Part shown: piece after piece, positions 1 through 9,655 of the stretch
Numbering within the stretch: position 1 is the first letter of the stretch
Layout of the letters: every line of letters starts with the position of its first letter
Source: a virus
Strand: one strand, 5' to 3'
Length of the DNA: 64,000 nt
Virus record (IMG/VR): IMGVR_UViG_3300017698_000036
Coordinates: 64,001-128,000 of that record
The notes under the pieces: generated by a model
Database searches by the model: none
What the model was told of the DNA's origin: nothing
Seen by the model: only the letters and a program-made list of their open reading frames with translations
Position numbers and translations under genes: made by a program

Positions 1-1092
1 GACAACCTGTTTGAACGTAAGAAGTCGCCTACCGAGATAATGTACCACGGTACCAGTAGCAATTTCTTGGATAGTGTATTATCACAAGGTCTAATTCCTA
101 ATCCACCTAAGAGGTATTGGGATGATGGTGGAGATAAACCAGATCATCTCCCCGCAAATGTGATGCCAGACACTACGGTGGGAGGGGTGTATTTCTCCAG
201 TTCCATATCAGCTGCAAATAACGCCGCAGAAGACTCGGCTGAAAAATTCGGTGGTACACCCATGATCGTAATAGCCCAGATTCAGAGAAAGAGTGCATAT
301 GCAGATGAGGATGATATGTCTTTTGGACTTTTAAGTTTGATAGACGAGTTAAAGAGGGATGTTAAGATTTTACGTGGTGGAAGTGAAGTAAGTCAGAACA
401 ACTATCTGTTTGGTTATATAACGGCTCTTGGACAAGATGCCTCATATATATATGATACGTATGCTAAGTTAATCAATGATAAGTATGGTAATGAGAAAAC
501 ACCACCCGATCTAGATGGTGCATCCCTGGCCCTCAACGCCATACTCTATTCAATGTTTTCAAAATCTGGTAACTACGAAAAGAGACTGTTTGATGACGGT
601 TTCAGTGATGGTTACCACAGGTTGAACAAAGAGGATCCTACGCGTAGACAGTTGAGAAAGGCGAGACCTGAGATTGACACTCGGTCAGCCTACCAGCTGT
701 GGATAAAGGCTCAAGATAGGCTGACTAGAAGGTACAAAAATATAGCTACCAATTATGCAGACCATGGGGGATCGTCCACTCTAAGGTTGATGGAACCCGT
801 TGATTATAGTGGTTCAAACAAGATTATCGGCATTATAACGATACCTGAACGTGGTAAACTACAATTGGAGTATGGAGCCGTACCAGATTCCATGAGTAAT
901 GAACTTAGAAGAACGTTCGGTGAGTATGAGATAGTGTCAGATGAACAGTTAGATGAGTTTAGTGCTGCCGGAGCTGGGGCAGTATCCGGAACACCAGGAC
1001 CGTTAGGAAGTCCTGGAAAGTGGGTGACTAAGAAAGAACGTGATGAATATAATAAAAAGGTAACCAATTCCAAACTTATTAAGGGGAAGTAA
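1..1092 (+). CDS. 5'-truncated probable virion protein with an ADP-ribosyltransferase-like (YHGT) domain
   Basis: Frame is open from base 1 (DNLFERKKSPTEIMYHGT...). YHGT..L..VLSQGL.P followed by GGVYFSSS resembles the H-Y/S strands of ART/KptA folds. C-terminal QLDE-FSAAGAG segment; gene lies directly upstream of the neck genes. Confidence 0.5.
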   Translation, partial: DNLFERKKSPTEIMYHGTSSNFLDSVLSQGLIPNPPKRYWDDGGDKPDHLPANVMPDTTVGGVYFSSSISAANNAAEDSAEKFGGTPMIVIAQIQRKSAYADEDDMSFGLLSLIDELKRDVKILRGGSEVSQNNYLFGYITALGQDASYIYDTYAKLINDKYGNEKTPPDLDGASLALNAILYSMFSKSGNYEKRLFDDGFSDGYHRLNKEDPTRRQLRKARPEIDTRSAYQLWIKAQDRLTRRYKNIATNYADHGGSSTLRLMEPVDYSGSNKIIGIITIPERGKLQLEYGAVPDSMSNELRRTFGEYEIVSDEQLDEFSAAGAGAVSGTPGPLGSPGKWVTKKERDEYNKKVTNSKLIKGK

Positions 1093-1095
1093 TAG

Positions 1096-2394
1096 ATGTC
1101 ATATGTAGATACAGTACCAAGCAGTAATATCCCGAAAATAGTATTACCGAGTCAAGGAGTGCTCGTTAATGTTAATAAGGTTTCTGACCCTCTACCCTTC
1201 TCTCTTTATACGGACGATCAATACTTTCTAGAGGGTTGTGTAGATCAGGTATCATACACGTTTGATAGATTGGGTGGTAGAACGTTGGATATAGAAATCA
1301 GTGAACATGATGTATATTCTCACTACCAAGCTGCATGTATGAGATACTCCTACCTGGTAAACTATCATCATGCAAAAAGTATATTGGGAAATGTATTGGG
1401 TACGACACAGGGATCCTTTGATGAAGAAGGTAATCTGACCCCTGATAGTGATATTCCCGCTGGAAGTCATGTAGAACTTACGTACCCAAAGAACACTCTA
1501 AACGCCGCTAGAAGGATAGGTGAAGCTCTTGCAACCGAGGCCATGGTTGGTGGGTATACTGAAGTATATCGTACTGGCTTTGAGTTGGTTGGAGGACAGC
1601 AGGACTACGATCTCCAGGCTATAATCAAAGAACAGTCAGAGACCGACGATACGACTTCTTTCTATGGTAAAATAACCGACGGTGTAAACAACAAGATAAT
1701 CATTCGTAAAATATATTATAAGTCACCAATGGCCAGCTGGAGATTCTATGGTTATTTTGGTGCAGGACTAACTGTAATGGGAAACCTGTCTACCTACGGT
1801 CAATGGGCCGACGACTCACAGTTCCAGGTAATACCGGTATGGCAGAATAGATTACAAGCGATGGCCTACGAAGACAGCTTACATGTACGTCTAAGTCACT
1901 ATTCGTACGAGATAAAAAATAACAAAGTTCGTCTTTATCCTATTCCAGGAGGTTTGGCACCAACCAAGATGTATGTAGAGTTTACAATATCGGAAAGTCC
2001 ATGGGGTGAATCTGGTGATGAAGATACCGACGGTACTAGTGGTGTAGGTGGAATCAATAACGTCAACACTCTACCCTTCGAGAATATACCATTCCAGAGT
2101 ATCAACTCGATGGGTAAGGAGTGGATTCGTAGATTCGCCTTAGCATTGTCTAAAGAGGATCTTGGGTATGTACGTACCAAGTTTAATCAGATTCCATTCC
2201 CCAATCAGCCTTTGGTGCTCAATGGTGAAAGGATGTTGTCTGATGCTAAAGATGAACAACGAGAACTGACAGACGAACTTATACAGGTACTGGAAGATAC
2301 TCAATACGATTCTTTGTTGGAGAGAGAGAAAAACGCGACTGATAACGCTCAAAGTATTATGAGTCGTATTCCCATCCCAATATTTGTAGGATAA
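1096..2394 (+). CDS. neck/head-tail adaptor protein (T4 gp13-like)
   Basis: C-terminal KEWIRRFALALSKEDLG..R.KF..IPFP....LNGERMLSDAK.EQ.EL matches the gp13 pattern; first gene of the neck-tail block. Confidence 0.75.
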   Translation: MSYVDTVPSSNIPKIVLPSQGVLVNVNKVSDPLPFSLYTDDQYFLEGCVDQVSYTFDRLGGRTLDIEISEHDVYSHYQAACMRYSYLVNYHHAKSILGNVLGTTQGSFDEEGNLTPDSDIPAGSHVELTYPKNTLNAARRIGEALATEAMVGGYTEVYRTGFELVGGQQDYDLQAIIKEQSETDDTTSFYGKITDGVNNKIIIRKIYYKSPMASWRFYGYFGAGLTVMGNLSTYGQWADDSQFQVIPVWQNRLQAMAYEDSLHVRLSHYSYEIKNNKVRLYPIPGGLAPTKMYVEFTISESPWGESGDEDTDGTSGVGGINNVNTLPFENIPFQSINSMGKEWIRRFALALSKEDLGYVRTKFNQIPFPNQPLVLNGERMLSDAKDEQRELTDELIQVLEDTQYDSLLEREKNATDNAQSIMSRIPIPIFVG

Positions 2395-2400
2395 TAAGTC

Positions 2401-2904
2401 ATGACTGATGAAAATAAGTGGGTTTTACCTGACAATAATGAAGTCAATTCCCCAATGTTTGCAGGGGAGAAAGAAAGAAACTTTCAGAAACAAGTAAACG
2501 AGGAAATGGTCGAAACGGTCATGAATCAATTGGTTATATATTATCCAATAGACCATGACGCGACCAACTATCATCCGGTATATGGTGAATCCATCAATAA
2601 GACCTTTTTTCCACCCGTGAGAGTTATGTGTGTGGTTGAGTGGATGGGTGAAGAGACCACCACGGACGTTTTCAATATAGACAAAATACCAAAGGTACGT
2701 ATATATTTCGCTCATAGGAGATTAACTGAAGATCAGGGGTTGATGGTTCGCGAAGGTGATTTTGTTAAATATGGTCGCGACTTTTATGAGATCGTAAAGT
2801 TGAATGAAGACCAGGAACTGTATGGTACGTTTAAATATAAGGTTGAGATTGTGGCAGATTGTGTGAAGGCAAGAAATGGTGTCTTTGACGTAGAAGAGGT
2901 TTAA
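2401..2904 (+). CDS. neck/head-closure protein (T4 gp14-like)
   Basis: 167 aa; VREGDFVKYG..FYEIVK motif; lies between the gp13-like and gp15-like genes. Confidence 0.6.
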   Translation: MTDENKWVLPDNNEVNSPMFAGEKERNFQKQVNEEMVETVMNQLVIYYPIDHDATNYHPVYGESINKTFFPPVRVMCVVEWMGEETTTDVFNIDKIPKVRIYFAHRRLTEDQGLMVREGDFVKYGRDFYEIVKLNEDQELYGTFKYKVEIVADCVKARNGVFDVEEV

Positions 2905-2905
2905 T

Positions 2906-3766
2906 ATGACATATTCGAATGATATAGAGTACAATAGACGAGTGGTCCCTACGGAGGGGGATGATGTAGTTGATAATCTACCAATGAAAAAGACGGATAT
3001 GCCCTCCTTCGAATACTTTGATGGGGCTATGCTGAACTGGGTTAGGGATTTACACATATTCAGTGATACAAACAGGGGTTTTAAAGAGGTCCCAGTTATG
3101 TGGTATGGGTCCGAGAGAGCTTTTCAGATTAAGAAGGAAAAACAGTTACGAGATCGTTCTGGTTCCCTGATATTACCCATCATAACTGTAGGTAGGACTG
3201 GTTATAAGAAGAATCCATCCGTCAAGGGTATATATTGGGCCAACATCCCTGCAGTTCGTGACTTTATGGGTGGTACCATCACCGTGGGTAAGAAGATTAA
3301 ACAAAAGAAAACGTCTGAGTTCAACAATAATAAGACTCTTCAAAAGACAGGACAGTTAAATTATAAGTTCACAGATCCAGACGAAAAACCACTGTATGTA
3401 TACGAGACTCAGAATATACATATACCGGTGTATGTGGAAACTTATTATGAGATAAACATCTGGACTAGTTATCAACAACAGATGAATGAGATTGTACGAC
3501 CTTTCCTTACTAATGCTCAAGTGGGAAACTTGAACTATTTCACTATTGAGAATATGGGCTATAGATTCGAAGCGTTTATGGATGGTGATTTTGTTGAGGA
3601 TAATAATGTTGCTTCGTTGAATGAAGAGGATAGAAGGTATAAGACGAAGATCAAGGTTAACGTATTGGGTTACATAATTGGTGAAGGTAAGAATGAAGAT
3701 CAACAACATGTACCAAAAAGAGAGAGTATTACAAAAGTAAAGTTTGGTTTTGAATCAATAGAGTAA
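2906..3766 (+). CDS. tail terminator/completion protein (gp15-like)
   Basis: VPVMWYGSERAF..K...R.....LILPIITVGR and PVYVETYYEINIWT..QQQMNEIV motifs; immediately upstream of the sheath gene. Confidence 0.65.
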   Translation: MTYSNDIEYNRRVVPTEGDDVVDNLPMKKTDMPSFEYFDGAMLNWVRDLHIFSDTNRGFKEVPVMWYGSERAFQIKKEKQLRDRSGSLILPIITVGRTGYKKNPSVKGIYWANIPAVRDFMGGTITVGKKIKQKKTSEFNNNKTLQKTGQLNYKFTDPDEKPLYVYETQNIHIPVYVETYYEINIWTSYQQQMNEIVRPFLTNAQVGNLNYFTIENMGYRFEAFMDGDFVEDNNVASLNEEDRRYKTKIKVNVLGYIIGEGKNEDQQHVPKRESITKVKFGFESIE

Positions 3767-3852
3767 TTAATAATTAAACATCGAAAAACATAAAGATGTG
3801 TAATTATAGAAGAGATTGAAAAGACGTATTTACTATTAAGGAGATATAATAA

Positions 3853-6800
3853 ATGAGTGTAGATAAATTTAAATTTATATCACCCGGTGTTCAAACAGCT
3901 GAGATTGATAACAGTGCTTCACCTACCATTGGTGACGGTGTAGGCCCTCTAATTATCGGTAGAGCCAAGCGTGGTCCTGTTATGACACCCATCAAACTAA
4001 GATCACAATCTGAGTTTGTGGAGATATTTGGAGAACCCGTTTCTGGAACAGCCAGTGGTGATGTATGGAGAGAGGGAGATATCCTTTCACCTATGTATGG
4101 AGCGTACGCCGCATATGCATACCTCAAAAACGTATCTCCGGTAACGTATGTAAGATTGGCAGGTTGGGAACATCCTGACAGAACAGACTCTTTCGGAGAG
4201 GCCGGTTTTAAAACCACATACACTGAATTATCGGAAAACACTGTAGCTTCCTTAGCCGCAGACGATACTAATGGTGGGGCCTACGGTTTGTTCGTAATGG
4301 ACAAATTTTCAACTCCAGTATCGAGTTCATTTGCAGACGTTACGGTAACTGCAACACCTACAGCTCCAGCCCTTACTGGTACCAACATTAGTATCGTAGA
4401 GGCCTCATCTGGTGTCGTTGCAAATAGTATCTTACAAGTTAAGATTGAAACCGCGGTAACCTCATTTGTATATTCTACCGATGGTGGGTCAACGTTTACA
4501 GGCGTGGCAGTTCCCTTTGTGGCAGATACACCCATACAGATAGGGACTACGGGTCTGTATGTTACATTTACTGGTAGTTATACTCTTGCTGACACCTTTG
4601 GTGTACATATGCAGAACAGTGACATGGTTCTGGCTGCAAAATTCTACTGTAATGATGGAGCAATGGCCCTTAAGGGTGATCTGATTGGTGGAACTACCCC
4701 TACCGACAGTACAAGCGCTGCAGGTCTTATTGACTCTGTTGGTTCTAACTATGAATTTGATCTTAAAGTATATGACTCTGACTGGAACAATGCTGGTACA
4801 GAGGACACTGATGCTGAGTTAGAAACTATTAGATTTAACTTTAACAGATCTTCAAGTAGATATATTAGAAAAGTATTCAGTACTAATCCCACTCTTACTA
4901 ACTCTGAAATTACTACGGCCTCTAATGTTAAGTCCTACTGGTTGGGAGAGTCATATGACCAATTCCTAACTGACTCTCTTACCGGTTCCACTGGTGTAGG
5001 TAGTCAAGTGGCCACCCTTCTTAAGATCGAATCTGATACTGATATCGTAGGAAGCGGAGCGGATTATAGATTCGCCGCTCAAGATGCAGAGTCCGGTTGG
5101 GTATTTGCACAGGACTTCAGTGCTGACTACACCCTGTACAATCCAGACAGTATGCAAAAACTCTTTAAGATTTATTCTAGAGGAGACGGTGACTGGGCAG
5201 GTAAAAACATTAAGGTTTCTTTTGATAACATCAGATACTCTTCATTCTCCAGTGATCCATACGGCAAGTTCGATGTATTGGTAAGAGATGCAAGCGACAC
5301 TGACAAGAAGATGAAAGTACTAGAGACTTTCGCTCAATGTACATTAAACCCCAACGACCCTAACTACGTAGCTAGAAAGATTGGTAATAGATACATGACT
5401 TGGGACTCTACTAACCTTAGATACAAACCCTTTGGTAGGTTTGAGAATAGATCTAAGTTTATTCGTCTTGAGATGGATCAAGATGTTGACACTGGTGCTC
5501 ATAACCAATACTGTCTCCCATGGGGATATTATGGTAAGCCAGTATATGCCAACATTACTATTGATACTACCGCCGCAGGTACTATTAACTTTACAGGTAA
5601 TCACTTTGTTAGAGGTGGTAACACCACTACATCGTATCTACCATTCGCCACTGAAACTACTCCCGGTACTTTGGACGTCGACAGTGTAGAGATTCTCTCC
5701 ACTCTTAAAGACGCCGTAGTTAAACTTAGAGATGACAGTGTTGATGGTAATATAATCAACTATAAAAAGGCCTTCTGGGGTCTGTATACTAATAGAGACA
5801 GTAGCGATAAGTTCGATACATCCTATTATGATTTGGTAAGAAGTAAGTCCACCATGGCTAACGCTACAGGCGGTACTGCTTCCGGTATGAAGTTCTCTCA
5901 CAAGTTTACTTTGGATGATACTAGATATTATAATCCTGGAGTATCTGGAAGTGCGATTAGAGCTACATACGCTTCTGGAAACAGGGTAGCCGGTGATTCC
6001 ATTTCCGCGGGTGAGAATGCAGATGGTACTACATCTTCACCAACATACACAAGAGTGGTAGACGCAGGATACGCAAGGTTTACAGTTGAACTCTACGGCG
6101 GTTTCGACGGTAGAGACGTTAAAGAAAAAGATCCATTTAGAAATGAAAGACTTTCTAAAAATGGTGGTTCTGAACAACTCAACTATGCAATGTACTCTGT
6201 TAACACTGCGTTAAATATTGTATCAGATTCAGACTTGGTAGAATTCAACCTGTTGGCCGTTAACGGAATTACCAACAATGAAGTAAATACTAAGATGATC
6301 GACATCTCAGAGACTAGAGCCGACTGTTTTGCAGTTATCGATACTGAAGGACAGTACGTACCTTCCCATGAGAATAACTCGGCCGAGACCAGTAGGGTTG
6401 GTTCCGTGTCTGGGGCCGTGAATGCTCACCTGGCCAACGATATTGATACTTCGTATGCCGGAGCATATTTCAACTGGCCACAGATTGTTGATGGTAACAA
6501 CAACAGTGCGTTAATCTATATGCCACCTAGTGTAGCTGCAGTTGATACATATGCGATGTCTCAAAGGTTAACCGAGATCTGGATGGCCCCTGCAGGATTT
6601 ACTAGAGGTAACCTGACTAGTGGAAATACTGGTTTGAATTATGTAGACCTTCTGTTCACTCTCAACAAGGATGATCGAGATGAATTGTACGAGGCCAACT
6701 TAAACCCCATCACTAAGAGATCCGACGGAATTCAAGTGTATGGTAATAAGACCTTAGAACAATCTCAGACCGTTCTGTCTAGAGTTAACGTACGAAGGAT

Positions 6801-7095
6801 GTTAATTTATATCAAGAAAGAGATTTCTAAAATGGCTAATACGGTTCTGTTTGATCCCAATGTGGATGTTACATGGAACAGATTCACCAGTAAGGTAGAA
6901 CCTTTCTTGGCGGGTGTTAGAACCGGTTTAGGTATAGAGAATTATAAAGTAACTCTTAACAGAAGTACAACCACTCCCGATCTAGTTGATAGAAATATCA
7001 TTTATGGAATAATTAAAGTTAAACCTGTACAGGTAGTAGAGTATATCGCTCTCGATTTCGTAATTACCAATGCCGGTGCAGCCTTTGATGATTAA
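3853..7095 (+). CDS. contractile tail sheath protein (gp18-like), 1080 aa
   Basis: N-terminal FISPGVQTAEIDNS and IIGRAKRGP. C-terminal WMAPAGFTRG, RDELYEANLNPI, GNKTL, RVNVRRML, NYKV..NRSTTTPDLVDRN and P.QVVEYIALDF. SD AAGGAG. Confidence 0.97.
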   Translation: MSVDKFKFISPGVQTAEIDNSASPTIGDGVGPLIIGRAKRGPVMTPIKLRSQSEFVEIFGEPVSGTASGDVWREGDILSPMYGAYAAYAYLKNVSPVTYVRLAGWEHPDRTDSFGEAGFKTTYTELSENTVASLAADDTNGGAYGLFVMDKFSTPVSSSFADVTVTATPTAPALTGTNISIVEASSGVVANSILQVKIETAVTSFVYSTDGGSTFTGVAVPFVADTPIQIGTTGLYVTFTGSYTLADTFGVHMQNSDMVLAAKFYCNDGAMALKGDLIGGTTPTDSTSAAGLIDSVGSNYEFDLKVYDSDWNNAGTEDTDAELETIRFNFNRSSSRYIRKVFSTNPTLTNSEITTASNVKSYWLGESYDQFLTDSLTGSTGVGSQVATLLKIESDTDIVGSGADYRFAAQDAESGWVFAQDFSADYTLYNPDSMQKLFKIYSRGDGDWAGKNIKVSFDNIRYSSFSSDPYGKFDVLVRDASDTDKKMKVLETFAQCTLNPNDPNYVARKIGNRYMTWDSTNLRYKPFGRFENRSKFIRLEMDQDVDTGAHNQYCLPWGYYGKPVYANITIDTTAAGTINFTGNHFVRGGNTTTSYLPFATETTPGTLDVDSVEILSTLKDAVVKLRDDSVDGNIINYKKAFWGLYTNRDSSDKFDTSYYDLVRSKSTMANATGGTASGMKFSHKFTLDDTRYYNPGVSGSAIRATYASGNRVAGDSISAGENADGTTSSPTYTRVVDAGYARFTVELYGGFDGRDVKEKDPFRNERLSKNGGSEQLNYAMYSVNTALNIVSDSDLVEFNLLAVNGITNNEVNTKMIDISETRADCFAVIDTEGQYVPSHENNSAETSRVGSVSGAVNAHLANDIDTSYAGAYFNWPQIVDGNNNSALIYMPPSVAAVDTYAMSQRLTEIWMAPAGFTRGNLTSGNTGLNYVDLLFTLNKDDRDELYEANLNPITKRSDGIQVYGNKTLEQSQTVLSRVNVRRMLIYIKKEISKMANTVLFDPNVDVTWNRFTSKVEPFLAGVRTGLGIENYKVTLNRSTTTPDLVDRNIIYGIIKVKPVQVVEYIALDFVITNAGAAFDD

Positions 7096-7103
7096 GATTT
7101 GAT

Positions 7104-7122
7104 GGGGGGTCTTTGACCCCCC
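7104..7122 (+). terminator. intrinsic terminator-like hairpin after sheath, overlapping a probable sigma70 promoter of the HNH gene
   Basis: GGGGGGTC-ttt-GACCCCCC stem followed by tcttctt. TTGACC (7113) N17 TATATT (7136) overlaps it. Confidence 0.6.
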
Positions 7123-7151
7123 TCTTCTTATACAATATATTATAGTAGAAT

Positions 7152-7802
7152 ATGCATATACATAAAATCTGTTCAACATGTAAGGAAGATAAACCAGCCA
7201 GCGAGTTTGGTAAAGATAAAAGACTCAAAAGTGGTTTAACCTCTCAATGTTACACCTGTAAAAGATTGTCTGAGAAAAAATACAGGGTCTCTGAAAAGGG
7301 TCAAAAAAGTAAAGCTGAGTATCGTACAAAAAATAGAGAACGAATAACTAGAAAGAACAAAGAGTGGTATATCGCTAATAGAGAACATGTAATATATAGA
7401 GTTACAGAGTATGAAAGGAATAACATTCAGGTTAGACTAAGACACAATATTTCGAAAAGAATCTCTATGGGATTAAAGAAAGACGGTTTTAAAAAAGACA
7501 AGTCTGTTATTGAGTATGTTGATTATAGTATGAATCAATTGGTTGAACATCTTGAGTTTCAATTTGAAGATTGGATGAATTGGGATAATTACGGTAATGG
7601 TGATGGATGTTGGTCGTTGGATCATATTATTCCTCAATCACGTTATGACTTCACGAACGATTTAGAGATTAGTTTATGTTGGAATCTTAGAAACTTAAGA
7701 CCTTTGAGTCATAAAGAGAATATTACTAAGAATGCCAAGTTTGATTTATTATTAATAGAAAAGTATGGTATTAGTGATTTACTACCAGGTAGGGATCGTT
7801 AA
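7152..7802 (+). CDS. free-standing HNH (homing-type) endonuclease
   Basis: N-terminal CxxC...CxxC finger; HLEFQFEDWMNWDNYG...WSLDHIIP...CWNLRNLRPL...EN..KN is an HNH motif. Lies between sheath and tube. Confidence 0.85.
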   Translation: MHIHKICSTCKEDKPASEFGKDKRLKSGLTSQCYTCKRLSEKKYRVSEKGQKSKAEYRTKNRERITRKNKEWYIANREHVIYRVTEYERNNIQVRLRHNISKRISMGLKKDGFKKDKSVIEYVDYSMNQLVEHLEFQFEDWMNWDNYGNGDGCWSLDHIIPQSRYDFTNDLEISLCWNLRNLRPLSHKENITKNAKFDLLLIEKYGISDLLPGRDR

Positions 7803-7826
7803 AAAGTCCTGAAGAAGGAGAACGTT

Positions 7827-8390
7827 TTGAGTTTCTGGACAGACGAAAGAAATATAATTGAACCAAAAAGAAAAAATAGATGGGTTCTTATTATCAATAA
7901 TATCAAAGCCTACACATGTCTTAAGGCTGGTAAGCCGAAATATGAACAAGGTAAGGCCGAGCATAACTATATGGGTCACACCTACTACTTCCCCGGATCT
8001 ATCAAGTGGCAGCCCTCCGAGGTTACTGTTGTAGACCCTGTTGATGATCCTGCAACAAAAAAGTTGGTAGAGATTATAGAGAGATCCGGTTATCATCCAC
8101 TTAAAGACGTTAATGACTATGGTTTTGTATCTAAGAAAAAAGCCGTTGAAGAGTTGGGTCTCGTTAGATTGATGCAGATTGACGCAGTGGGTAATCCCGT
8201 TGAAACTTGGACGTTACATAATGCCTGGATTGAGAATGTTGACTTTGGTGACCTGGACTACGAAGATGATGGTTTAGTACAAATTACATTTACCATCTCT
8301 TTCGATTGGCCAACCCTTGAGAACGGTGACGGAACTAGAAACTTCGACTTAGGTGGAAGTAATCCCGCAGATACAACCCTTACTTTATAA
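7827..8390 (+). CDS. tail tube protein (gp19-like)
   Basis: EPKRKNRW, YFPGSIKWQP..VTVVDP, ETWTLHNAWI..VDFGDLDYEDD.LV.I..TISFDW. TTG start 6 nt after AAGGAG. Confidence 0.9.
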   Translation: MSFWTDERNIIEPKRKNRWVLIINNIKAYTCLKAGKPKYEQGKAEHNYMGHTYYFPGSIKWQPSEVTVVDPVDDPATKKLVEIIERSGYHPLKDVNDYGFVSKKKAVEELGLVRLMQIDAVGNPVETWTLHNAWIENVDFGDLDYEDDGLVQITFTISFDWPTLENGDGTRNFDLGGSNPADTTLTL

Positions 8391-8421
8391 AATCCCACAG
8401 AATCCTTAAAACGAGGTTAAA

Positions 8422-9414
8422 ATGAGTAGAAATGATGAAGAAAGATTGGGGATCACGAACGCACCAGTGTCGTCTCGTGAACAATTTAACTCAACGATGA
8501 AAGAGGCCGAAGTGATACAGGCTCCCAAACCCGTATCGTCCAACATCTCTCAACCTGTAGTGGACAGGGGGTTGGTGTTTGTAAACCCAACAAAACCAGT
8601 TGTACTACCTTCGAAGGGTGAAAAGTATCCCGAAGATCATCCACTGTATTGTGTAGAGGAGATCGAGATTAAACAGATGACCACAAATGAGGAAAACATC
8701 CTAACCAACCACGAATTGATAAGATCTGGTATGGCCATTGATGAGTTTCTCAGAAGTGTTATAGTTGATCGACGTATTGACCCTCAATCTCTATTAACCG
8801 GTGATAGGACTGCAATTCTCGTAGCTAGTAGAATATACGGTTACGGTTCAAACTATGTTGCCAAAGTACGATGTCCCATTTGTGGATCTATTATGGAGAG
8901 TGCTTTTGACCTAAAAGATGCGGTAGAGAACGGTTTAGAGGCCTTAGAACAGATTGAAGAAGTAGAGGCTGAATTTGGCGTTGTGTGGACTGGTAAAAAG
9001 ACCTTTAAGTTACATCTAGACACCACAGGGTGGGATGTAGAGTGTAAGTTGACAGACGGAAGAGACGAAAAGATTAACTTTGATATTAAACGAAAACGTG
9101 ATATCCAACAGAAACGTCTTCGTAAAAAGAACAAAGACATCATCGAGGTGGAAGACACCAAACATATGTCTGAATTTCTAAGATCCATTATTGTTTCTAT
9201 TGATGGAAATGATGGTGTAGGACCCAGAAAAGATAAGGGTCAGTTGAATAGGGCGATTGATTCCATGCCTACGATGGATATCGTTGTAATAAAAGATGTA
9301 TATAAACTTATTAATCCTAGAATCGCATTACTACAGGAATTATATTGTGAGAAATGCAATTACGAGGGGGTGATAGACGTTCCGATTAACGAAAACTTTT
9401 TTCGGGTTATCTGA
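8422..9414 (+). CDS. tail assembly chaperone / T4 gp26-like baseplate hub assembly protein
   Basis: VVLPSKG.KYP, IEIKQMTT.EE.IL, GDR.AIL..SRI.GYG.NY...V.CP.CG and a C-terminal CxxC. Lies between tube and tape measure. Confidence 0.7.
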   Translation: MSRNDEERLGITNAPVSSREQFNSTMKEAEVIQAPKPVSSNISQPVVDRGLVFVNPTKPVVLPSKGEKYPEDHPLYCVEEIEIKQMTTNEENILTNHELIRSGMAIDEFLRSVIVDRRIDPQSLLTGDRTAILVASRIYGYGSNYVAKVRCPICGSIMESAFDLKDAVENGLEALEQIEEVEAEFGVVWTGKKTFKLHLDTTGWDVECKLTDGRDEKINFDIKRKRDIQQKRLRKKNKDIIEVEDTKHMSEFLRSIIVSIDGNDGVGPRKDKGQLNRAIDSMPTMDIVVIKDVYKLINPRIALLQELYCEKCNYEGVIDVPINENFFRVI

Positions 9415-9655
9415 TAACTACGCGAAGAATATATTCGAACAGTTCCATTTTATGATGTATTATGGTAACTGGTCTTCACTTGCAGAGTTGGTCAACCTCC
9501 CCGTAGGTCTCCGTGACTTTTTCTTTAAAAAGCTTATTGAAACAAAGGAACGTGAGAAGGAGGCCAACTCAAACAAGGGAAATGCGAAAGAGGCTACTGC
9601 CGCCATTGCCAATCAAAACGCGGCTTATCAACATTATTCCAAAAGAACACAATAA
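9395..9655 (+). CDS. second (+1 frame) exon-like ORF of the tail chaperone (gp51-like / GT-type), probably reached by frameshift
   Basis: The +1 frame is open from 9377 and reads FFGLSDNYAKNIFEQFHFMMYYGNWSSLAELVNLPVGLRDFFFKKL. The ATG at 9452 has no SD. Confidence 0.6.
   Translation, partial: TFFGLSDNYAKNIFEQFHFMMYYGNWSSLAELVNLPVGLRDFFFKKLIETKEREKEANSNKGNAKEATAAIANQNAAYQHYSKRTQ

Noticed and set aside
9397-9454. -1 frameshift at the T run of the tail chaperone
   Set aside because: The -1 frame reaches TGA at 9453-9455 after 17 codons and does not join the downstream ORF; only +1 or -2 does.
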